A stretch of 64,000 bases of DNA. Origin: a virus. This document shows, piece by piece, positions 48,488 through 59,700 of the stretch; position 1 is the first letter of the stretch; every line of letters starts with the position of its first letter. The DNA lies in the IMG/VR virus record IMGVR_UViG_3300025598_000030, positions 20,181 through 84,180 of that record. One strand, given 5' to 3'. The notes under the pieces were generated by a model. That model did no database searches and was not told the DNA's origin. It was given only the letters and a program-made list of their open reading frames with translations. Both the position numbers and the translations under genes were made by a program.

Positions 48488-49498
48488 ATGACCACTAATG
48501 TCTTGAAATTACCCGGCGATTATCTTATAAACACTCCAAGTGGTAATATTACTCTCGACGCCACTGGGGTGAGTTCTGGTACTGCAGTGACCGGTACTGT
48601 AAGAATCATTGGTAATTTAGATATTATCGGCAATCAGACATTAATTGAAAGTACAAGTAGTTTAATTAAAGATAATATTATCATTTTAAATGCAGAAGAA
48701 ACTAATGCATATGTTACTTTAGGTAATAGTGGTATTGTAATTGATAGAGGTAGTTATGCAACATTAACAAACGCCGCTACATTATTATATGTAGATTCGA
48801 TCGGTATTAGTCCTGTTACCTGGACAGATAGTTCCGGAACAGTATATCAAGGATTATTTGATTTTCGTTCAGCAGGAACCGGCACTGCAATACAAGCAGC
48901 CGCGTTAAGAACTAACGGACCAAATGGCACAATTAACTTTTTAGGTGTTGAAAATCCATATGGAATGCTTAATGTTAAAGGTACGATCAATTATGCATCT
49001 AGAGTTTTAGATAACGATGACATTCCTAACAAATATTATGTAGATAATAGGATTTACACCGGTACTAATTTTGCTCAGAAATTACAGGTAGGAAATACTT
49101 TTGTACAACTTGGTGATAATTCAATACCACCTAATCAACAATACTTTTCATCAATTAATACAATGTTTGTCGGACTCGGTTCTACTAGTAACGTTGTCTT
49201 TAAATTAATTGGAACCAGTGCAGTATTTTCCGGAATCAGTTTAAACAATAATGTTATACAAGCTAATACCGGATCTGATTTGATTTTACAAGCAGGCGGA
49301 AACGGATCTATTGATCTTAATTCTGCTTTAAGGCTACAAGATCAAACTTCAATACCTCTTCCATTAGTTAATCAAACAGTTTTATATGCGTCGACAACAA
49401 CCGGCGGCGGCGGCACTGGGATATATTTTACAAATACAAATAAATCCGACGAACTAGTTAGCCGCAGAAAAGCAATAATTTATAGCATCATATTTTAA
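48488..49498 (+). CDS. Virion fibre-associated structural protein (336 aa)
   Basis: ATAAATA at 48464-70; IKDNIIILN...GIVIDRG and DDIPNKYYVD fibre motifs. Confidence 0.65.
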   Translation: MTTNVLKLPGDYLINTPSGNITLDATGVSSGTAVTGTVRIIGNLDIIGNQTLIESTSSLIKDNIIILNAEETNAYVTLGNSGIVIDRGSYATLTNAATLLYVDSIGISPVTWTDSSGTVYQGLFDFRSAGTGTAIQAAALRTNGPNGTINFLGVENPYGMLNVKGTINYASRVLDNDDIPNKYYVDNRIYTGTNFAQKLQVGNTFVQLGDNSIPPNQQYFSSINTMFVGLGSTSNVVFKLIGTSAVFSGISLNNNVIQANTGSDLILQAGGNGSIDLNSALRLQDQTSIPLPLVNQTVLYASTTTGGGGTGIYFTNTNKSDELVSRRKAIIYSIIF

Positions 49499-49508
49499 GG
49501 TATAAAAA

Positions 49509-49826
49509 ATGTCAATAAAAAATACATTAGTTCATTCTACGACAACACAAATATTTTCCGCAGTTAGTGCAGAACAAGCTGTAACTACTATGTTTTTCTG
49601 CAATACTTCGTTAACATCTAGTACAAATGTTAATGTATTCTTAGTTCCTATTGGCGGAGCTGCCGGTAATTCAAATTTAGTTATAAATGCTCTTCCAATA
49701 CCAGCAACTGAAACATTTGTATTCGATGCTGAAAAAGTTATACTCGAAAGTGGAGAAAGCATCTGGGCACAATCAACTGTAGATAATATTTTAATTGCAA
49801 CTGTAAGCTCAGTACAAACATCATGA
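49509..49826 (+). CDS. Small beta-rich structural protein (105 aa)
   Basis: In an operon with its neighbours; pattern resembles 62304..62702. Confidence 0.65.
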   Translation: MSIKNTLVHSTTTQIFSAVSAEQAVTTMFFCNTSLTSSTNVNVFLVPIGGAAGNSNLVINALPIPATETFVFDAEKVILESGESIWAQSTVDNILIATVSSVQTS

Positions 49827-50629
49827 GATATATTAAAAAACTTGCATTATATTCTAAAAGTCCTATGGATGATAAATTTTCTGTTCTTCAGGACAATCGA
49901 ATTGTAACAACTAGTAAAACTACTTTAGAAGTTCCTACCGGCGCAAAAACTGATAGACCTTCCACTATTGTCGACGGTACTGTAAGATATAATACTACCT
50001 TAAATGAATTTGAAGTATATAATAGTATGGGAGGATTGAATACAAACCCACTTAATACTAATTGGGAAATTATCAGAACTATTAGACAGGCTACAATTAC
50101 TCCTCAAAATTTAGGATATGGCAATTATAATGATATCTATTTCGGTCCTCTAGCATATGATGTCGATATAACAAAACCACAAAATGTTTTAGTATTTGTT
50201 GATAATGTTTATCAAGTGCCGACTACAAATTATACTTTGGTTAAAAATCCTACAGCAGCGATTGCAACAGCAACTATAGCTGTAAGCAATACCTTTACTA
50301 TCTATCTTAATACCTTGACAAATATTGATGTAGGTGAATCGGGAATATGGAGAACAATTTCAGGCACTGGGATACAATTAGGTACTACGATCACTTCAAT
50401 TACTACCAACCTCAGTGTACCAAATAATGGCTATCCTGTAGGTATAAGTTTATCCGCGACATTATCTCAAGGAACACAAGTCACAGTTCAATATGGTTCG
50501 TATCCTGTATCCGGTGCAGCTACTTACATTAAATTTACAGGTCCGGTTCCGGCTAAACCGGTCTTTAGTTTATTAGGATTCGATGGCTATTTCCCAGCTG
50601 GGCCAAATCGTAACCTTTTTGAATCCTAA
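49823..50629 (+). CDS. Virion structural protein (268 aa)
   Basis: VPTGAKTDRP...GTVRYNTTLNEFEVY and NVLVFVDNVYQVP motifs typical of T4-like fibre/baseplate proteins. Confidence 0.7.
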   Translation: MRYIKKLALYSKSPMDDKFSVLQDNRIVTTSKTTLEVPTGAKTDRPSTIVDGTVRYNTTLNEFEVYNSMGGLNTNPLNTNWEIIRTIRQATITPQNLGYGNYNDIYFGPLAYDVDITKPQNVLVFVDNVYQVPTTNYTLVKNPTAAIATATIAVSNTFTIYLNTLTNIDVGESGIWRTISGTGIQLGTTITSITTNLSVPNNGYPVGISLSATLSQGTQVTVQYGSYPVSGAATYIKFTGPVPAKPVFSLLGFDGYFPAGPNRNLFES

Positions 50630-50652
50630 CAACCCCATTTAATAAAACAATA

Positions 50653-50755
50653 ATAAATATAACGATGTCGAGAATGTTCCCGACAGGAACAAACTGTGGC
50701 AAACCCGCAATGTAAGGTGGTTACCCGTGAAAATCGGTGATGACAAGGAGCCACA
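50653..50755 (+). promoter_or_regulatory. Late promoter plus structured leader enclosing the Shine-Dalgarno of the giant gene
   Basis: ATAAATA at 50653-59; TGTGGC (50695-700) is complementary to GCCACA (50750-55), which abuts AAGGAG and the ATG. Confidence 0.55.
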
Positions 50756-53700
50756 ATGGCTATTGGTCGTATTTCAGGTCCGTTATTATCTTCTAATCTA
50801 TTACGCGATGGTGTAAACCTAGCCTTTGAAACTAATTTATTATATCTTGACGTCAATAATGGACGTATTGGTATACGTAACAGTAATCCGGCATACGAAT
50901 TAGATGTCAATGGAACTATCAATGCTAATAATTTAAAAGTTTTATATACTGGGCCGAATACAGGTGTAGCTCAATTAGGTAATCTTGTAATACAAAATGG
51001 AGTTATCACCACTAATGTTGGGCCAATCACTATACAACCTAGCGGTAATGAATCTGTAAATATTGTCGGCGATACTATTGTTACAGGAAACTTGCATGCT
51101 ACCGGTAATATTACTGCAGATGGTAATATTGTTTTAGGAAATAATACTGTTACAGATACAGTTATATTTGAATCGGAAATTGGTTCAAATATCGTTCCGA
51201 CAATTAACGACGCATTTAATTTAGGTAGTCCTGAAAGAAATTGGCTCAATGCATATGTTGATACGTTAGTTACTAATCAGGTTACTAGCACTAATACATT
51301 AAGCATCGGCTCGACTGCCGGTTTAGTACAAATTAATGCTGAATTAAGAGCATTAGGATCAAATCCGATTGGTACTGCACCGGTAATCACTAACGTTCTC
51401 CATGTTACAGTAGACGGTAATGATACCAATGATGGGCGAGCAGCTGATCCTAGTCGAGCATGTCGCACGGTTAGCGGAGCTGTCCGTAGTCCATATTATC
51501 GTCCGGGAACATTAATTAAAGTTTATAGCGGACATTATTTAGAAAATAATCCTATATTATTACAGCCAAATACTGCTGTAGTAGGAGATGATTTAAGAAC
51601 TACTAGTTTAGAACCGATTAATAAAACACAAGATCTTTTCCATGTTCAAAGTGGATGCTATCTTGCACAGATGCAGTTTTTTAATGGCAGAAGCGGATTA
51701 TTACCTGGTCCATATGTTAATGGAACTAATCGAGGTGCTTATTGTACTGCGTTCCCACCGCAAGTTAACGGAGCTAAGATCGACCTTTATCAATCGCCAT
51801 ATGTACAGAATTGCACTAATCAAAGCGGTCCTTGGTTAGTTGATGGAACAATGTTTGTTCCGAACCAAACAGTACAAGTTCCTCAAGGTGTAGGCATTGC
51901 TACATTTGAAGCAAATACAACAACACTAACAGTACAATTAACAAACGGATCGATCGTTCCGGGATTAAACGTTATTAGTGGACCACAAGATCCGGGATTT
52001 TTTAGTGCTAGAACCTTAATATTAGCTAATATTACATTTATTCAAGAACAAGTGGTTGCATTCGTTAATCAACAAGTTGCTGCTGCTACTCCGGGGTCTG
52101 CTTTTTACAATTTTACATATAACCAAGCTAAGTGTTTCAGAGATGTTGGATTAATTGTACAAAATATTTCCTATGATGTTACTTTTGGTGGTAATGAAAA
52201 AGCAGTTGAAGCAGGATTAGCCTATTGGAATGGCGTTATTAATCTTATCGAAGGTCAACAAATACAAACTACTGCAGCGATTGAATACATCGATACATTA
52301 TGTCAGTCTATTATTGTTAACCAGACAGCTCCTGTGATTACGACAGGTACCTCTCAAATAATTAATACTTCGATGATCGGTGGAGGAATCGCTAGCCAAG
52401 AAATTACCAATGCTGTTAATATCATTACTACGATTATTAATGAAGGGCCGAGTGCAGCTCCGACTAGCTTTAATAGTTGCGGACCCGAAGCTCCTTTAGT
52501 TAGCGCTGAATTATTATTACAAGCTAATAGAAATTTTCTACAAAACGAAGTAGTAGCATATGTAAATGCAACTTATCCGACTTTTGTTTATAAACAAGAT
52601 TATTGTTTTAGAGATACTGGATTAATTGTTGATGCAGTAACACAAGACATTATCCTCGGCGGGAACACCAAGAGCATTGAATGCGGTTTGAGCTATTATA
52701 CCGGAGCAAAGGATGATAGTAGCGTAGCCGAAACTGTTATTATCAATAACTTTAACTTAATTAAAAATATAATTCAAAATGGTCCAAGTGTTGCTCCTCC
52801 TTCTATTAGCGGACCGAATTTAGGAGGAGGATTCTCAAATGCACAAAATATTTTACTTAAGAACTTATTATTTGTTCAATCAGAAGTAAGTGCATATGTT
52901 CGTAGCCTGTTTAATAATAATTTTAGATTAACGCAGATACAACAAAATAAATGTTACCGAGACATTGGTACAATATTAACTGCAATCGCTAATGATGCTG
53001 CAGCCGGCGGTAATGTTAATACATTACAATCCGCATTAGCATATTACAATAACGGAGTAATTATTCTCCCTGGCAATCAGCCTGCAGAAACATTAAATGC
53101 ATTAGATTATATGCAATATATTGCGGTTAACATTATTAAAAATAACAAGTTAACCAATCTTTATCAGAATTATATATCTCAAACATTCAATCCGATTGCA
53201 GGTACTGCGATTCAAATCAATAATATCAATTCTAATATTGATAGAATTACTACAATTATTAATAATGGTCCTAACACATTAATTAACGGATTACCGATTA
53301 CACCTAGCCCGATCGGATTAAAAGCTTTAGGAGATGCATATACACAAACTGCAGCTACTTTACTAAATGCCAATCGATACTTTGTTCAATCCGAAGTGGT
53401 AGCCTATATTGACAATTATATCTATAGTAACTCTTCATATTATCAAAATTATAGTAGAACGAAATGCTTAAGAGATACCGGGTTAATTGTTGATGCTCTC
53501 GTGTTAGATCTGTTATTTGGCGGAACTAGTCAGAGCGATTTTGCTGGATTACAATATTGGAATCAAAATGGATACGTTGGGTTAATACCTTCGGAGTTAA
53601 CAACAACAACCGCTGCTATAAATTTTATTAGTAGTTTATCACAACAGATTGTACAAAATAGTACGAACGGTACAAGATATACTGCTACATATTATAATGG

Positions 53701-56700
53701 AGCATCGCCTAGTACACAAAATATTAGTTTAACTGCTGCAACCACTAATGAAGCTACATTAATTGCTAATGACTTTTCTGTAATTACAAATATTCTAAAC
53801 AATGGAACCACTGGAGTGACAGATCTAATCATTCCTAATGGCATTAATCCTGCAACAGGTAACATACTTAATGCAGTAAATTTATTGCAAGCAAATAAAG
53901 TTTATATACAAGAACAGACAGTTGCATTTGTAGAAAATACAAAAACTGCAGGGTTTACATATAGTCAGGCTAAGTGTTATCGAGATGCAGGGTATATGGT
54001 TGATAGCGTATGCTTTGACTTATTATATGGCGGTAATAAACAAGCTGTTCAAAGTGGCGTTTATTATTATTCATTCTCAACCATAGCCGGAGCTATTGCC
54101 ACTAACGAAGTAGCTCAAACTACATTAGCATATAATTATATTAAAACATTGGTCTCCTCTATTGTTAGGGGTAAACTTATAACAAATACATATCAGACCG
54201 CTGTTATGCAGGTACTTCCCGGCGAGACTGGATCATCATTAGAAGTTGAACAGATAAATTCTAATATCGATTTAATTACAGATATTATTACAGTAGGCCC
54301 TAGTATTGCTCCTCCTCCAACTCCGATTAGTAATCAATTAACCTATAACTATAATGCTATTAATGCATTTAACTTATTAACCTCAAATAGAGATTTCTTA
54401 GCAGCAGAGTTGACTGGATGGGTTGATGATACTTTTAGCGTAGGATTTAATTATAATGCTGCGAATTGTTATAGAGATACCGGGTTAATTATTGATAGTA
54501 TTGCATTTGATATTTTACAAAAAGATAATAGTCAAGCAATCTTTGCTGGATTACAGTATTGGAATCAAAAAGGATATACAGGAGCAATTAGTAAAGAATT
54601 AACAACAACTACCGCCGCAATTAATTATGCAAGTTGGTTAGCACAGAAAGTTATTACTAATACAACTGTTACTTCTTTACAAACAGCAACTACACAGATC
54701 TTTAATTTTGCAGCAAGCGGATCTACTACTGCAAGCGGTATAGTTTCTTCATTATTCTCGACAATTACGAATATTTTAACTAACGGAACTGTCGGAGTTA
54801 CTAATATTATTACTCCGAATGGTACTGCAACATCCAATACATTAATTCATAATGCTTATAACCTATTGCAGGCAAATAAAACATTTATCGAAAATGAAGT
54901 AGTTGCTTATGTTGATTTAGGTTTATCAAATTATTATTATGATAAAACAAAATGTTCACGAGATACCGGATTAATAATCGACGCTATTGCATTAGATTTA
55001 TTATATGGTGGAACAAGTCAAAGTGATTTTGCCGGATTGCAGTATTGGAATCAAGCAGGATATACTGGGCAAATTACAGTCGAATTAAATCAGACAGTAG
55101 ATGCAATTAACTTTGCTAGCTCTCTTGCACAACAAGTAGTACAAAATATCACTAACGGCACAAGATATAATCCTATATATTATCCATCGGGCCCGACTGC
55201 TCAGCAGACAGGAACTGCAGCAACTTCAGTAGAAGCTGAAATAATTGCAAATGATTTTTCTGTAATTACAAATATTTTAACAAACGGAACAGCCGGTGTA
55301 ACTGATCTTATTATACCTAATGGATATACTCCAGTTAGTACTGCTACTACAAATGCATACAATCTATTACAAAATAATAGAACATTTATTCAAGAACAAA
55401 CAGTTGCATATGTTGAGGCAACTAAACCCTCGTGGTTCGTTTATAGCACAGCAACATGTTACCGTGATGTTGGATATATAGTCGATAGTATTAGTTTTGA
55501 CTTATTATATGGCGGTAATAAACAAGCTGTTCAAAGTGGCGTTTATTATTATTCATTCTCTCCGACAGCAAGTGCAATTGCTCCGACAGAAAAAAATCAA
55601 ATAACCGCAGCATATAATTATATACAAACACTGACGAATTATATTGTACAAGGTATTGCTGTGCCGAATCCGTATCAAACTGCAATATCTCAAAGTGGAG
55701 TCGGCGGATCGGCCGGTACAAGTGTTCAAGTTTCTGCGCTTGATAATAGTATTAATAGAATTACAACTATTATCAATAATGGACCTACAGTCACTATAGG
55801 CGGATCGCTTATAACACCGACACCGATATCATTAACACAGAGTTCGGTATCTGCTGTGAAAAATGCTGTTTCTCAATTAGAATCTAATAGAGATTTCATA
55901 AGAGCTGAAGTTATTGCTTATCTTGATAATTTTATATATAGTCAAGCAAAACCAGGTTTTGTTTATGATCAAACTAAGTGTGCAAGAGATGTAGGATTAA
56001 TTGTAGATTCTCTAGCTGAAGATTTATTATTCGGCGGCAGCAGTCAAAGCAATTTCTCCGGATTGCAATACTGGGCACAATCTGGATATACAGGTTCAAT
56101 TGCAACTGAATTAACTACAACTACTGCTGCTATTTCTTATATTAGAGATTTAGCAATTAAAGTTATCACTAATGATACTACCGGAATTAGATATCAAACA
56201 TCTACGGTTCAAACTACAGTTTCCGGGATTGTTGTAACAAATAGTGAAAAACAAAAGATCTATGATGAGTTTAACTTAATAGTCGATATTATTAATAATG
56301 GAACAGCTGGAGTTACTGATTTAATTATACCTAACAGTTTAACTTCTAGTACAAATGCATTTGTTGCCGGAGCTTATACTTTATTAGAAGCTAATAAAGC
56401 ATATCTACAATCGGAAGCTGTTGCATTTGTAGAAGCTACTAAAACATATGGATATGTATATAATTCAAGCAAATGCTATCGTGATATCGGCTATATGGTC
56501 GATAGTGTAAGTTTTGATTTATTATATAACGGCAATAGACAAGCAGTACATAGCGGAGTTTATTATTATGGTTTTAGTAATATAACCGCTATACCTAATG
56601 AACAACCTCAAGTAACTGCAGCATATAACTTTATTCAAAATATTAGTTCATATATCATAACAGGACAACGTGTACCGACTCAATATCAATCAAATGTTGC

Positions 56701-59700
56701 ACAAGTTCTAAGTCCTAATGTTGGAACAACTGCACAAGTAGTTGCAGTTTCTAATAATATTAGTTTAATTACTAGTATTATCAATACAGGAACAAGCGCA
56801 GCATTAGCACCTACTCCAATTTCTGTTATTCCTAGTGTAGTACCTGCTGTAATTAATGCAGCTAATTTATTGTCTGCTAATCGCGCATTTATTCAAGCAG
56901 AAACAGTAGCTTATATTAACAAAATATATCCTGTAGGATTTAATTATAATAGAGATACTTGCAGACGAGATGTTGGATATATTATCGATAGCGTGAGTTT
57001 TGATTTGTTGCATAACGGTAATAGACAGAGTATACAAAGTGGTGTCTATTATTATAATTATGATAGCAATAATAGTGTTATTACCTATGAATTAGCACAA
57101 GTTACCGCTGCTTATAATAGAATTAAACAAGTCGCACGAGGTGTTATAACAAATAATACCGTAACGACTACTATCGGAAATACATCCACTCAGATCTTTA
57201 TATCAACAGCAACTCATGCTTCAAGTTCGCAAATAGCATATATTGAAAATGAAGTTGATATCATCACAGACATTATTAATAATGGTCCTAGCCCGTATTA
57301 TCCAAAGAAACCGATTAATTTATCATCGAGTAATGTACAAGGGGATATTGACGCCTACAACTTATTGCTAGCGAACCGTACATTCATACAAAATGAATTA
57401 ATTGCTTATATTAACTATTGGTTTGCAAAACCATTTAATTACGATAGAAACAAATGTGAAAGAGACACCGGATTAATAGTCGATGCAATAGCTCAAGATT
57501 TGTTATTCGGTGGAACCAGTCAAAGCGATTTTGCAGCTATTCAATATTGGAATCAAAATGGTTATACTGGAAACATCACAGTTGAATCGGCACAAACAAT
57601 CGAAGCTATTACATATCTTAAAAATTTAGCAAAAGAAATAGTACAAAATTCTACTGGGCCGACAACAAGATATTCCACGACTGCAACGCAAACCATCTAC
57701 AACGGTTCTCCAGGAACTATTAATGATGCTGCCGCAATAGAAACAGATTTTAATTATATAATTAATATCTTAACTAATGGTACTACAGGTGTAACTGATG
57801 AAATAGTACCAAATAGTTTAAGTGCTAACGGAACCACCGCTAATGCAGTATCATTATTAAAAGCTAATAGAACCTATTTGCAACAACAAGTAGTAGCGCA
57901 TGTTAATGCAACATATTCTAATACTACATTTAATAATTCAACTCCATTACAAAGCAAATGTAAAAGAGATACTGGTTTAATTGTTGATGCATTGGCTCAA
58001 GATTTATATTTCCCCGGAACTAGTGGAAACAGTCAGATCGTATTTTCAGCATTACAATATTGGGCACAAGGCGGTAATTTAAATATTCAAGGATCAGAAC
58101 TTGTAGCCACCGAATATGCAATTAATCAATTAAGTATAGCAGCAGCCTCAGTTATTACAACTACGTTAGAAAAAAACTTTGTAACAAATGAATTCAATTT
58201 AATTATCGGGTTATTAAACGGAACAATCAATCCGTCTACTATTACAGATTCTATTGTACCAAATTCAATAACTGCAGGTACAGGAGTGGTACTTGCTGCA
58301 TATAATGCATTGCAATCGAATAGAGATACCATTATTTCGACTGTAGCTAGCGAGTTACAAACCACATATCCGTATGTTTGGGGAACAATTGATCAAGCAA
58401 TTTGTCGTAGAGACATGGGTTTCATTATTGATAGTATCAGTTATGATTTATTATATAATGCAGATCCAACTTATACATCTCCTTCTAATAGACAAGCTAT
58501 TCAAAGCGGTATCTATTATTTAGGGTTCTCGAATACAACTAATATTCCGAATGAACTACCACAAACTGTTGCTGCATATACATATTTAAAGAAAGTAGTC
58601 AGCTATGTTATTTCTGCAAAATCATTAAATGGTTATGCTTCTGGACAAGTTACTAATTTACCAGCTGGAACAAATGCGGATATTTCTGCAGTTGTTAATA
58701 ATATCAATTTATTATTAAATGTTGTCCAAAATGGGCCGGCAGCGGCAGGAGGGATATACACTCCGATTGGGTTAACACCGAATTCTGTATCATATAATGC
58801 ATTCTTGCTCTTGCATAGTAATAGAAGCTTTATACAAAATGAAATAGTCAATTATATCAAAAATTGGTCATACACAACTAGCACATGTCTTAGAGATGCT
58901 GGATATATAATCGATAGTGTAACATTTGATTTAACATATGGCGGTAATAGACAAGCTATACAAAGTGGAGTTTATTATTATACAAATACCGGTACAAATA
59001 GTGTATTACCATCTAATGAAATACCACAAACTACGGCTGCATACAATTATATTCAAACATTAGCAAATTATGTTATACAAGGGATTCAATTACCGAATCC
59101 ATATCAAACAGCAGTCGCTCAGGTTATTAGCGGATCAGTCGGTACTACCAATGAAGTAACTGCTATTGATTCTAATATTAATAGAATCACAACTATAATT
59201 AATAATGGTCCTGGAGTATTAATCGGTGGAAATCCTGTTACCCCAACCCCGATAGGGTTAACCCCGAGCTCTACAGCAGCAGTTGTTAATGCTGCTAATT
59301 TATTAGAAGCCAATCGTTCATTTATACAAGCAGAAGTAACTGCTTATATCGATGCAACATATTCGAGTGTGTTTATCTATGATAAGATCAAATGTGAAAG
59401 AGACACGAAATTAATTGTTGATAGCGTAGCATTAGATTTAATTTATGGTGGAAACTCACAAAGTGCTTTTGCAGGACTACAATATTGGTCACAAGGTGAT
59501 TATACAGGTTCAATTGGTAGAGAAGTAACTACAACAACTAATGCTATTGAATATGCACAATCTCTAGTAACAGCAACTATTGCTAGCTTCCCATCTGCTA
59601 TAACTAGTGTTAATGCAAATTTCAATGAAATTATAACTATTATTAATTCTGGTACCAATGGAATAACAGATATTATTATTCCTAATGGATTACCATCGAC

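Noticed and set aside
50695-50755. c-di-GMP-I riboswitch (GGCAAAC)
   Set aside because: Lacks the GAAA-capped P2 and the GACGCAAAG segment; kept only as an unknown structured leader.
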